A stretch of 64,000 nt of DNA from Vicugna vicugna (lineage: Eukaryota), in the NCBI GenBank assembly GCA_013265495.1, contig MU058687.1:3102001-3166000 (forward strand), written 5' to 3'. Position numbers and translations under genes: made by a program. Numbering within the stretch: position 1 is the stretch's first letter; each line of letters opens with the position of its first letter. Below, one piece after another: positions 23,656 through 50,000 of this stretch. A model generated the notes under the pieces. That model saw only the letters and a program-made list of their open reading frames with translations, ran no database searches and had not been told where the DNA came from.

Positions 23656-24411
23656 AGCTCTGTAGATAAAATTTAAGGCTTTAATCTCTTCGGTTAATAA
23701 AACCTCATTCTTTTTGTTGCAAAAGAATGCTACAGTTGAATTCTCTTGCTGTTCTAGAATTTTTTCCTTAGTGAGGTGAAATTAGTTCTCCCTGGAGAAA
23801 TCAAACGTGGAAGGGAGGATTTATACATTGGTGGTTTACGGCTTTCCACTTGCAGCATTGAAATTTCACCTAGGTACCGTTGACTGGACCCAGGAATGAG
23901 AGAAGCTGCGGCGAATATCACTGCAGAAGCTACCAACTCTGTGGTCCACTTTGCCCTCATAAGTGGTGTAGTTGCGCAGATGATAGACTCCGTGTGAAAA
24001 GCAGATGGCACATCCTAGCTAGGATTGCATACATTGTAGTCTGTGGTATAGGCTGATCTCTTTGATTATTTTAGGTCCCTGAGAAACATATTATGATGAA
24101 GTGGAGGTTTAAATCGTGGCCAGAAGGTAAGTAAGCGTACTTGTTTATTGCCCCCAGAACTTGTTGTTTTCCCCTTTATCCTCGAACCCACATGGAAACC
24201 TTGAATCTGAAACCTCCCTCCCCTCTGCCTTTCTGCAGGGCACTTTGCCACCATCACCTTGACCTTCATTGACAAGAATGGAGAGACCGAGCTGTGCATG
24301 GAAGGCCGAGGTATCCCTGCTCCTGAGGAAGAGAGGACACGGCAGGGCTGGCAGCGGTACTACTTTGAGGGCATCAAACAGACCTTTGGCTATGGTGCAC
24401 GCTTATTTTAG
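17019..24411 (+). CDS. AHSA1: AHSA1, activator of HSP90 ATPase 1; complete, 9 exons, 1017 nt, 338 aa
   Basis: MAKWGEGDPRWIVEERADATNVNNWHWTERDAS...YYFEGIKQTFGYGARLF*, with the NxNNWHW motif. Exon sizes 80/191/83/118/89/129/102/52/173 give an open frame. Confidence 0.98.
18444..18634 (+). CDS. AHSA1: AHSA1 exon 2
   Basis: TERDASNWSTDKLK...INNRKGKLIFFYEWSIKLNWT (RKxK motif); cag/gtaagt. Confidence 0.96.
19391..19983. mobile_element. Tigger-like DNA transposon relic in AHSA1 intron 2
   Basis: Imperfect TIRs cagtcggttctgctatgacg and catcctagcggaactgactc (15/20 complementary). Confidence 0.6.
20252..20334 (+). CDS. AHSA1: AHSA1 exon 3
   Basis: (G)TSKSGVQYKGHVEIPNLSDENSVDEVE; cag/gtttgt. Confidence 0.94.
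20735..20852 (+). CDS. AHSA1: AHSA1 exon 4
   Basis: ISVSLAKDEPDTNLVALMKEEGVRLLREAMGIYISTLKT; cag/gtatct. Confidence 0.94.
21015..21310. mobile_element. MER33-like hAT DNA transposon relic
   Basis: ttgaaatgtggccagtcc...ttttgaagacttagtaccaaaaaaa...taaaatatct resembles recalled MER33. Confidence 0.6.
21905..21993 (+). CDS. AHSA1: AHSA1 exon 5
   Basis: (E)FTQGMILPTMNGESVDPARQPALKTEERK; cag/gtaact. Confidence 0.94.
22869..22997 (+). CDS. AHSA1: AHSA1 exon 6
   Basis: AKAAPSKPQARPVGVKIPTCKITLRETFLTSPEELYRVFTTQE; cag/gtaagt. Confidence 0.95.
23457..23558 (+). CDS. AHSA1: AHSA1 exon 7
   Basis: LVQAFTHAPAMLEADKGGKFHLVDGNVSGEFTDL; cag/gtaagt. Confidence 0.95.
23613..23653 (+). repeat. Pure T41 homopolymer in AHSA1 intron 7
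   Basis: Counted directly. Confidence 0.9.
24075..24126 (+). CDS. AHSA1: AHSA1 exon 8
   Basis: VPEKHIMMKWRFKSWPE; tag/gtaagt. Confidence 0.95.
24239..24411 (+). CDS. AHSA1: AHSA1 exon 9 coding part
   Basis: (G)HFATITLTFIDKNGETELCMEGRGIPAPEEERTRQGWQRYYFEGIKQTFGYGARLF-TAG. Confidence 0.96.
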
Positions 24412-24611
24412 GGCCAGCAGCGGGGGCTACAGCCTGCCCAACACTTCAGTCCAGCCCTCTCCTGACTGGGGCTTGTGACTCACAGGATTGCACCATCCCA
24501 ACCACTAACTTGGGGCCGGGGCCCCTTCCCTTCATGTATACCTTGGGTTTGTGCATGTTTTCTGCTGGGTGGGAACAGAGGGTGATTTCTCTTTTATGTG
24601 TACATACGCTA

Positions 24612-24617
24612 AATAAA
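24612..24617 (+). terminator. AHSA1: AHSA1 polyadenylation signal
   Basis: AATAAA about 200 nt after the stop, with TGTA upstream and GT-rich sequence downstream. Confidence 0.8.
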
Positions 24618-27600
24618 CGTAATTTAAAAAAAACATGGATTGGAACGTGTGTTGATTAGTTGGCTGGTATTGATTTCCCTGGAAGGTTTTGAATTTGAAT
24701 GAAAAAAAGAGAAGGGCTTTGTTTCTGTTCTGAGTAAGTGTGTGTAATTAAGAGGCATGAAGGGAGCCTGCTTCTTGCCAGCAAGCATTCGTGAGCTCGT
24801 GTCCTTACCCACTGCAGACTGGCGAAAAGGTCTGTTCCCCTCAGTGAGGGAAATGTAGCGGGGCGGGGGGGCAGTGGGTGTTGGTGCTCTGAGGTCAACC
24901 ATGCCAGCAAAGTTTATCACTGGTAGAGGTGGCATCCTGGGCTTCCCGCTCTCCATGGCCTCTTGTAAGAAGACATTATCACCAGGTGCTGGTTTGAGGT
25001 GTGGAAAGAGATTCCCACCCTGTGGCCGGGGGGACCTGTGGGCCTTCGGTTTGTTCACTGAGTACCTACCAGACACTGCACTAAACAGTTTCCTTGAGTT
25101 GTTAACTCATTTAGCCCCCATAATAGCCCTATGAAATAGATACTTCCATCTTTTCTGTCTTAAAAGAGACTAATCCTTGAATTTCTTAATATATATCCCA
25201 GACCCTACAACTGATAATTGAGCAGAGTTGGGATTTGGAGCAAGGACCATAACTGCAGAGCCAGTACTCACGTCTAAACCACTGTGTCTACTGCCTTGTC
25301 TTTGGGTTCATCCCCACACGGAAGCTGCTGCGTTTCTAGCATGGTAAGCATCCCTCATGAGTTGAAAATTCCAGGCCTCTTAGTACTCCCAGAAAGGGGA
25401 AAAAAATGAAATGTCCTTATTAGAGTATTTTTAAATACCTGGTTCCATGAAACAAGTTTACTGAGCACTGACCAAGGGCTGGGGATATGCTCTCGTGGGG
25501 TTCAGACGGCCACGCTGCAGGAAGAGGTAACTACCTGCACAGGGAGCTCACTTCCCTGGACAAGCCCCACCCTGGTGTCCTGCACCCCAGTGTGAGTCAG
25601 CATCCTCTAATCCTGACACTACCTCCTGCAGCTACAGCTATTTCCTTCATCTATTTTTGCCTGTTTTATTAGATGGCAGCAAGGCCTGTAGGCTAATCTT
25701 ACCAACATGACTTGGCCAAAATGCTGTAGTTAAAGCAGAAAATCAGTACTGATCTGGATAATTGAGAACCCCAAAAGCCACCTTTGGCTTGAATTAGTCA
25801 ACAAGTGCTGGACTGAGCTAATTTGGCATTACATCTGCTTCCTGGGGGTCCAAAAAGATACCTTTTGATAAAGAACCTGGGCTCTAACAAATCAAATCAA
25901 GGACCCCTCCTAGCACAGACCAGTGACAAAAAAGAATCCCTTTCACACCTGGCCAGAGCTACCTATACCAGAAGACCTAAAAAAAATCTGAAGTAGAGTT
26001 TACAAGTGCTTTAATGAAAACCAAAACACCAGGCAAGGTTACTGTCATGTGACATGCTCAGTAACATTCACATCCCCAGTAGTGACGGCTGTGCCAGTTT
26101 TTACCACGGCTTTTACTAATAGCATTTTGGTTAGCCATGGGAGCCTAGAAAGGAGAATGATTGAACTAAAACCAAAAGTTAGATTGGAGTTGTATACACG
26201 TCACTTCCTAACAAATTGGGCAAATCTTTTCATCTGTAAAATGGGTGTAGTAAGTATCTTATGAGAGCATTAGAGGTGAACCGAAAAGCACAGGTACCTG
26301 GTGATATGTTACCTGCTGATACTTGGGCTCCCGAGCCCACATTTTCCCTTGAGCAGAAGTTAATCTATTGAAAAGCTGATTAATTGGCCAAATTGCACAT
26401 CCTAGGCCAAGGGTTCTTCTCAGCTAAGAACCATCTGAGGGAACCTGTTAAATGCAATGCAGGAACATGGACTCTACCCCTAGAGATCTGACTCAGTGGG
26501 TGTGGGGTATGGCCTGTCAGCTGACACTGTAATATCCCACGTGATACTGATACCAGGACTGGCTTTTGAGAAGCCCTCCAACATGTTAAGATCTAATTGG
26601 AGGAGCCAAAGCAGCACATTTGGTTCCCTTTTGTGAATAATGAGACAAAGGATCTGGAACATCCTGTCTTCCAAGAGACAAGGGCGGTTAGCAGGATCTG
26701 GTGGGTTTGTACTCTTGGTTGTTTTAAACCTGGTAAGAATTCAGTCTCAGTCTTGCCTGGCCTACAGCCCTTTATGATGTAAACCAGAGACGGGGAAAAT
26801 GGGACAAAACCATCCTGGGTGGCCAGGGCAGCTAAGTTAGAAAAAGCAGTGGTGGTCGTGCTGGATGCGTGGCCCTGGACGGCTGCTGGGGTCTGGGACA
26901 GGAAGAACAGCCTGGTGAGTTGGGTCATGATCAACACTGGACCAGAGCAGAGGGAGGGGTCCTCTCTGATTTCATGGGCCCCTGGCCGCTTCTAAAATTC
27001 TCCCTTTAATAGAGTCAGCAACCCCACCACAAATGTTTCTCCTCACACACAGGTGTTCCCTAAGCCTGCAGCCACCTGCATAGTGTCTCTTTCTCCTTTG
27101 TACAGTTTGAATAAACACCATTTTATAGCTGGTCAATGCCCCAGCTCCTTCAAGGCTCCTTTCTAGCCCCGCTTTCTTTACTTTTCACTCATGTGGCCTG
27201 ACATGGTAGCAACTTAGCATGTCACTTAGAGATTAAAAATGGGGCTGGCTAAGTTCAGTTTAGGTAATAGACAAGCATTAGGTATAGATTACATATAGTG
27301 TGTCTCAGTGTCAAGGTAAACTATATTGGAAAATAGAGGAATTAATGGTTTCCTGCGAAAACAGACTCTGGGATACCTCTATCTTGTCTTTTTTTTTTTT
27401 TTTAAGTTTCTGCTAGAAATAATTAAAACATGCCTGTGCTAACCGTATTGAATTCCCCAGATAAGAGACAGAAAAGTGAACTTGGCCCCCATCTAGTGAC
27501 CTAAGACCCTGCCCTCTCTGACCCTGTAACATTCTAGTTGCACCAGTATTGTTAGACTGTGTCCCGGGATGAGACTGATAAACTTACCTGTAGGTGTGAT

Positions 27601-28121
27601 GGTAATTGGAAACATCTGGCTCTCAGCATCTCCAGGTGGTGGCTCTGAACACACCTTGTCTCATTCTGCCTCCTGGTGTGTCTCTGACTTCTTCAAATGC
27701 CAGGAGTGACAGTGGAGTGTCTGGTTAGGGTATCAACTAAGACAGGATACAGGTCCCGCTCTGTCATCTCACAGGTGGAATCCTCTGGACAACTCCTCTT
27801 GCAGCAAGTTACTCAGGGAAGTGGGGCCACTTCCTTGGGTGTAAATGCGATTTATCTTTTTGACCAAAGTTATTTATCTCTTTGACCCTGAAGTCCTGCC
27901 AGCTCCTCCCTGCCTCCCAGGCAGCCCTTTATGAGTGTAAGGATAAACTGTTGTTTAGTCTAGCCTCTGTAACCCAGGAGCTGCACCTGCTCAGCTAGGT
28001 TAGGCAGTCACAAACACCACCCACAGGAGCTCGGCTAGGGTTCTGAGCAAGGGCTCCCTACGCGCCTCTGCTCTGCTGGGACCCCAAATTCTTCATCAGA
28101 CAGAATTTGAAAATAAAGTGC

Positions 28122-28127
28122 TTTATT
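28122..28127 (-). terminator. ISM2: Probable ISM2 polyadenylation signal
   Basis: First minus-strand AATAAA I found after the stop, about 1.15 kb downstream. Confidence 0.65.
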
Positions 28128-29275
28128 GCTGAGGATCCCAGAGAGCTTCAGGGCAGCTGTCAAGGGGCTAGGGCTGAAGTCCCCTACCTTTTGAAGGCTT
28201 TTGAGAACAGAGACAGTTGGGACATCAGCACTGTAACCCCATAGAAGGCAAGGACATGTTGTGTGGGGGTTGGGGTTGGAGGTAGATTTAACGGAGGCAG
28301 GGAAGAGGCATGAAATATGTTGGGTGCTGACTTTCTTGTCTCTTCCCAACTCTGAGCTCAGTGCGTTCCCCAACATCACCTTGGCAGCTTGAAGTGGGCC
28401 TCAGTGGGAATGGCCCAAATGCTACAAATTGAGGCTGTTTCCCCTGCCCCTCCCCTCCCACTCCCCTCCCCCAGGGAACTGATTTACCAGTTCACCCCGC
28501 ACACGACACATCTTCCTGAGTGGTTCTGAGCCCAGCCCAAGCCTGGCTGCTGTGCCCATTCAGTGTCATCTCTCAGCCCTGGACAGAACAGAGGTGGGCT
28601 GGACAAAGAAAGGGATCGGAATTGGTTGACCCATCCCCTACCCCGATCCTGCCTTGTCTTGGCTTCCTCAGCCTGTCTGTCCACACGTGGCCCCACTGAT
28701 GGCCTTTAGCCCTAAAGTGGTTTCCGCCAAAAGGCAGCTGGGAGCTGAGGATAACCTGCCTGGCAGGAGGTGGGTCAAGAGGCCACGTGGGACCATTCAG
28801 AGCTAAGGGGATGCTGCTGACCCAGGCCTGGCTGTCAGCCTGCCAAGGGGCAGCTGTGAGGTGGGATGAAAGGACTGGTCCTCGGGGCTTGGGCTCTGAG
28901 TGACTCACCGCAGGTCCAGGGCTCAGGATATGTGTGGAAAGCCCGACTCACACCTGTGCCCAGAGCCAGGGCAGAAGAGCCCAGCTCTCAGGGAGAGGGA
29001 GGAAAATGGGTGGCCAGGCTAGGCAGGAGAGGGAGCCCCCACAGACACATTGCCTGGCACCCACCAGGGCCTTGGGGACTGAGCTCCCTTCTCTCACCCT
29101 GGGTCCTATACACCTTCAACCTTCTCCCCAATCCCACACCGACAGGTGGGGCACAGACCTCCCTGCCTCAGGTTCAAAGGCAGAGGGCTGGAGGCCCCGG
29201 ACCAGCCCCACCAGGTGTAGGCAGGGGCAGGGGGAGGGGCCTGCAAGGAAAGTTCTTCAGCACAGCAGCCTCTCA

Positions 29276-43450
<14,175 letters not shown>

Positions 43451-44395
43451 TGTTTTTTGTGCACCGAGGTAGATTGGCTTGGGGAAGAAGACCTGGAGGT
43501 AACTCCCACCAAGGCTCTTCCAGCTCCCATGCGGGACGTAAAGACCTGAGGAACACCTGCCACTTGGCACCCAATTTCCTCAGGTGTTCTCAGAGCACTT
43601 CAAAAACCAGGAGAGTTAAGACTCAGATGTGAGTATGAAGTCCCAGAAGGACAGAAGCAAGCCACATTTGAAGGAGTGGTCAGAAGATCCTGCCGTGCCA
43701 CTGGGTGTCACCTCGCTCCATCCTGGATGAAACAGTGGGACCACTCACTTCGTCCAGCGAGACACTCGTGCAGGGATCCTCTTTTGTAGGGCATGCGAGT
43801 CATGAGATTAAAAACCTCAGCTTATGATAACAATCAGGAATTCTGACTGGCAGTGATGATTTTAGTGGCCTGGTTGGGGTCTGTTAGGGAATGCGAACGC
43901 TGTGACATAGGGCAGGTGGGGTGGGGTGGGGTTTGGACAGGTTGGTGAGGAACAGTCAGAAGGCATTAGGAAGATGCCTACCCAGGGGCCATTTAGTGGC
44001 GCACCAAGGCTGTCTGGTTTCCATACAGAGACAAGGATCCCTGGAGGTGCTGGGAAGGATGGACAGAAACCCTGCCACAGGATAAAATTTGGGATCTGGG
44101 TTTAGCCAGAATGAAACTCTTAGAAAACTTCACAAAGTTCTGAGACACTACTTCTATCCGCAATAGCACCGCCTGGGACTCTGCAGTGTTTTGAATAGTG
44201 CATCACAGGGATTACTACAGGGGTTTGAACCCTGCTTCTACTGTCTTACTAAGAAGGTGATATTATTGGACAAGCTCTTTGACCTCTCTGTGCTTTTGTC
44301 ATCTGTAAAGATACATGGAGAGTGGGGGTGGGGGAAGGGGATGGGGGTACTTACCTCACAGGTGTGAGGAGTAAATATGAATCTAAATTAAGGAT

Positions 44396-44472
44396 TTAGG
44401 GTGAACTATATGAAGTTGCCATTTTGGGGTCAAAAGGGTCAAATGTTGACAGTTTCTTATGTTTCAACATAA
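44396..44472. mobile_element. MADE2-like mariner MITE, an approximately 80-bp palindrome, within MIR-like sequence
   Basis: Inverted ends ttagggtgaactatatgaagttgcc and gacagtttcttatgtttcaacataa, followed by TA. Confidence 0.75.
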
Positions 44473-45389
44473 TAAGATGCCTGGTGCTTGGTAAACACTC
44501 AAATATTAGCCCAAAGAAACCTAGTATTTAGGCACCTGCTATGCCATATTGCTTTGACTAAATGCAAGGCCACTTTGTTCTTATTTTTTAGTTTTTTTTT
44601 TTGGTGTAACTATTTTCACATTCAATCAAATATTTTGTCTTTTCATCAGACTTTTGCATCTTCCAGCCGATTAAACTTGGAGTTCAAAAATAATGAGTTC
44701 ATTCATTCATGTGTACCTGTCTTTAAGTCGGTCACTACCACTCTACTGGGAGTCCCTCTCCCCTTTACCTGGACATCTATAATAGCCTCCTGATTACTTC
44801 TGCTGTATCCACTCTTGTTCTCATTCCCTCCTCCCCAAAAGCTGTTGGCTATCTTTTCTGTTCTTAATCAACTTTATTGAGATATAATTCATATACAGTA
44901 AACACACCCAATTTAATTGTACAGTTCAATGAATTTTGGCAATTGTATACATCCAGGTAACCACCACTACCATCATAATGTAGAATGTTCTCATCATTCC
45001 AATTTTCTTCCGTACACTGTAGGAAAAAAATACACTTCAGTGGAAAACAGTGCATTGTCTACATACAGTACATCCTTTTGAGTTATCTGATTCTAGTCTT
45101 GGGGCTATTTCACATCTTTGTAGGTTGTAGGTCACTAATAGCAAAGCAAAATAATTCTTGTCTGTAGAAATGCAAATTCTGTCCTGTACTGTGGTTTGAT
45201 TGACCTTCCTCCCCTAGTGTGGAAGAAATCAGTTTTGTCTTTATTTGCACACTCAATATTCCTGATGTATAAAATTTGTTTTTCAATATCTGCTTTGAAT
45301 TGGTTGTGATACCCTTACCAGTTTCCTTATTAATGAGCTAAATAAAATCTTTCATTTTTATATCTGTGAGACATGATTTTCTTCTTTTT

Positions 45390-46625
45390 TGAAAATTAAA
45401 TTTTATTAGTCCCTTTGTACAGTTAATCCACACCTCCTCACCCTTGGCTACTGGTAAGCACTTATCCACTCTCTGTAATCATGTTAGTTTTGCCTTTTCA
45501 AAATCGTGTATCAGTGTAATCACATGTAAATACATACTCTTTTGTTTGGCTTCTTTCCTTGAGCCTGGTTTTGAGCTTCATCCATCTAGTTGCTGGTATC
45601 AGTAAGTTGTTCCTTTTCATTGCTGAGTAATATTCCATCACATGAATGATCATATAGCTTCTTTTTCCATTAACCATGATGGCATCTGGATTGTTTCCAG
45701 TTTTGGTCTATTATGAACAAACAAAGCAGCTATGAACATTCAAGTGCAAGTCCTCATGTGGACATGCTCTCACTTCTCATGGGGGAAAGGATTTGCTGCC
45801 AAAGAACTGCCAAATTGTTTTCTAAAATGACTGTACCATTTTGCATTCCCACCTTTGCCAACACTTGGTATTATAATTCTTTTAAAATTTAGCCTTTCTA
45901 TTAGGTGGTTGAGTAGTGGAATCTTACTGCAGTTTTAATTTGTATTCCGCTAATGACCAATGCTGTTGAGCATTTTCCCATGTTCTTATTGGCCATTAGT
46001 GTACCTCCTTTTGTGAAGTTCTGATCAAATCTTTTGCCTATTTTTAAAAGAATAGTCTTGTCTTATTAAGGATTCTTTATATATTCTGGGTAGGAAGCCT
46101 TTGTCAGATGTATGTATTGTGGATATTTTTATTCCAGTCTGAGGTTTACATTTTCATTTTATTAAGTCTTCTGAAGTTTTCATTTTGATTATGTCTAGTT
46201 TATCAGTTTTTTTGAGTCATTTGTGTCTGAAGAAGTCATTGCTGCCTAGTCACAGATTTTCTGTTTTCTCCTGGAAGTTTCATATTTTTAGCTTTTCTGT
46301 TCAATTTATTTTTAATTGTGGTATATGATGTAAGAGTTGAAGGTCATTTCCCCTAGACATTTGTTAACTGTCCTTTCCCCATTGAATTAATTTGGCACTT
46401 TTGTCAAAGATCAACTAACCATATATGTGGATTTATTTCTGGATTCCCTAGTCAGTAATTGTCCTGTTAGACTATTCTAATGCCAATTCCACAGTCTTGG
46501 TTACTGTAGCTTTGTACAAAGTTTTGAAATCAGGTAGCACAAGTTCCTTTTCAAAGTTGTTTTGGCCATTCTAGGTCCTTTGCATTTCCATATAAATGTT
46601 ACCAACTTGTCGATGTCTACAAAGC
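45390..46625 (-). mobile_element. Old L1 (L1M) fragment; another short L1 3' piece at about 44860-45000
   Basis: Antisense L1 motifs: agcagctatgaacatt, gttgttttggccattctaggtcctttgcatttccatataaat. Confidence 0.78.
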
Positions 46626-47070
46626 AGCACACTAGTGGCTATTTTTTTCAGTGCTTGAGACTTTTTAGTTTTCCCCAGTAGGTAAGACAAACTCCTCACC
46701 ACCACAGCCCAGTGCGGCAGGCCTCTACCACCTCCTGGCGAGCTCCACCTCACCATTCTCCCGTTTGCTTACTGAGCATCAGCCACACTTTCTTTCAGGT
46801 CCTCCATTCCTTAGAAAAGTTTCCTCTATCACCTCTGTCCAAACCAGACACTGGTTACAATCTCTTATCGTGCTCTTACCTTTCCTTTATGGCACTTAGC
46901 AGCGTCTAAGATGGTATACATGGTTCACGTGCTTATTTGTGTACGAGAAAGTAGGAACTATATTGTTTTGTTTGCTGTTATTGGGAATGCTCAGTGCAGT
47001 GCCCAGCATGGAAACAGCATTCAGAATTTATTGGTTGAATAAATAAAGGCAGATACAGCTTTCCGAGTAT

Positions 47071-50000
47071 TTTATTGGGGCAAAACAATATATTTGCATG
47101 GGATGATTCTTAAGTCATCTCAAGAAGCTCCCCTTCAGTTCTTAACATGCACTCTCGAAATGGATACACCTACCCCAACCCATTATTTATATAGCTTGAC
47201 AGCCATCCAACAAAGCAAAGAAAAACAAATCACCTGGCAAAATAGAGAGACAGGGATGGGTAAGGGAGAGTGACATTTTAACACATTACTAAATTTAAAA
47301 ACATTTATTTACATTTCCCCTTCTTACTTCCCCAGATTACGTGACCATGACAGACTGGAAAGGGGTATCACAGCACCTCTGGCAAAGCCCAGTTTACAGC
47401 AGTGGGAAAATATGGGACAACGAAATAAGGTCTCAGCTCCCCATAAGCTGTTTCTCTATTCTCATTCTCTTTCCCCCTTCTCTTCATGTTAGCTACCTTT
47501 CTACAGAGAGGGATCATCAAGCCTGTGTGGGCATGTGGGCTGACATGCTCACGGTGATCTCTTTAACATTCCGTGAAGAACCATCAAGGATGCTTTTTAA
47601 TCATTCCCACCATTAATCACATCACTGAGGTAACAAGACCGACTGTTAAGGGTGAAGACAAGCTACCACTCCACCCTAGTCAGTGATACGTCCCAACTTC
47701 CTTGGAAGGCCTGGGTCGGGCACCCAAGCTTTACACAAGAAACTTGAGAATCGTGCTGGAAAAGGCAGACTCTGAGTGGGCTCAAGCCTCCTTGTGCACG
47801 GAAGGATCCGCTTATCCGTGCCGACGGCAACAAGGCAGGACGCCTGGCACGACATGAGGGCACTGTTCTTATTTTCACCTGTCATCCCACCTCCCCACAA
47901 CTGCTCAGAGATCAGAGCTGTGTGTATGCTTCATTAAAAACACAGTAACGGCAGTTTAAGAGCCACTGCACTCTTTAGGGTCAGTTTATTATAACTCATC
48001 ATACCACAAAGAATCACAGTTTATCAAGCCATTTATCATGTGCACTACGTAGTAAACAAGACCTTGCCCACAGCTCCCCCGCCAAGCCAGTCTCAAGGGT
48101 GACTGGGAATGTGATACCTCCAGACTCAGCAGAAAAGACTAGCATAAACATTTTCAGTAAGGGCTCAAGCCGGCCCCTTTGGTTTCTTCCCTGGAAAAGG
48201 CTCAATCTATAGCAAAAGTGCTTGGAAAATTGAAGTCACTGGAAACGACAAAAGAGGCAACAGCATTTTCAATACAATTAAAAGCAGAGGCGTCATTGGC
48301 TAGTCCTGGCGTTTCTTCTGTGTAAGGTGGGAAGCCAGCCTTCTAACTCAGCTATCTGGGCACATGGCAACTGGCTGGAAGCCTGAAAACATTTCATGTG
48401 GATAAAGCTGTGGAGAGAATGGACACGCTTTTCTTCACGTGGAAGGCATTGTGATTAACTGGCTTAATGGATTAAGATGCCTGCTGGGCACTGAGCTTCC
48501 CGGTTAAGCAGACAGCAGCACATCCACAGGTTCTGAGGCTGCATTTAAGCAAACAGCTGCTCAACAGCCAAGAAGAATACTTTGATTTTCGAAACTCCCC
48601 CTTCGTAATTTCTTTGGGCTATGCTGATTTTACCTGTGTGAAATGCTCAACAGTTCTTGACCTTCATGAAAGCCTACAGAAGGAAAATCACGACTCTCCC
48701 ATCTCTTCTAACTGTACAGGTTATACCAAGTAGAGATTAAAACCCATTCTGGAAGGCAGCTATGCTAACCACTATACCACCAACGCCGCTAAAACCCATT
48801 CTGGCTTACCTGGAACACCAGGAAAGGAAAGACACCCTGGGAATTAGGTCACAGCAATTCTCTATACAAGAGAACTAGGAGACAGTCAACTGTGTTTAAC
48901 CTCCTCTAGGTGGTTTTGCCACAAATTTGTACAAAAGAATAACCCAAGTTCTCTTTCTTCACTGCCTATGACATGACTAGCAGTTCTGTGCGGCTGCCCA
49001 ACCCAGCATGACTGAGGGCCAGAGATCCTCACCAATTTGGAAAGGGGGGTGGGGGGAAAGAAACAGGGCCTTGGCCTCTGAAAGGACATTAGGCAAACAC
49101 AGCCCTTAGTAGCTGTGTCAGACATTTTCTTTTCACCACGCATGACCACACCAGGAAGAAGCATGTTTGACTAACCTGAAATCCTCGCCCTATCATGAAA
49201 GTTTAAGACAGTAATGAAAGGACTGAGATGCTGAGTTCTTCAAACAAGCAAGCAGTACTCTGGGGCCTGGAGACAAGAATGTTTTTTTAAAAGGAAGAAA
49301 TTTTCCAAAGCGAAGTGAAAAGTTAAAGTGCTCTAAAGACCCTGCTTCTGAACACTCTCTTTCAATATTTACTTGCTCTAGAAAGTACACCATATTCTAG
49401 GGTAAAGTTTTTAGAACAAAAGTGGAAGGAGAGAATCTGCCCCTGCCACTTGATCCATTCTTTGATGTCCCCTAGTCATAAACTTCCTGGTTTCTGATGC
49501 GATCTGCAGGAAAGGCAATGCTAAATAAAGAGGGATGAGAAAAAGTGGTAAGGATTAGTCACACCTCTATTGACTAACTCTGACAATCAGCCTTGTGAGC
49601 TGATACCTATTTGAATCTCATCAGATTCTTGAAGTAGGCTGTGTTAAACCATATACTAAACAACACTTTTTAGTCCCAGATTTCTACATGATCCCAATGA
49701 CTGTATTTATACACACTTGTATTTCCCCAAGTGGGAGGCTTGGTTAAATAATGATACTTGTGATATGACTGGACCCTAGGCTTATATTATTTAGTTTAGA
49801 GACAACCAGTGTGTATAATGTTTTCTCCTTTAGAAAGCAGAGGTCATGGATAGATCACAAGAGTTTTAGCTCTTCAAAATAAATCTGTAACTCAACTATA
49901 CTTATCCTAAAATAACTGCACCAGCAAAGTGATATATATATATATATATTTTAATGCCCCTACTAAGTGACATTTTAAGTTGCAGTGACTTCATGCAAGC

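Noticed and set aside
48750..48786. Functional tRNA-Gly gene
   Set aside because: The 3' half (T-arm, B box, 3' acceptor strand) is absent and the fragment is flanked by a TSD.
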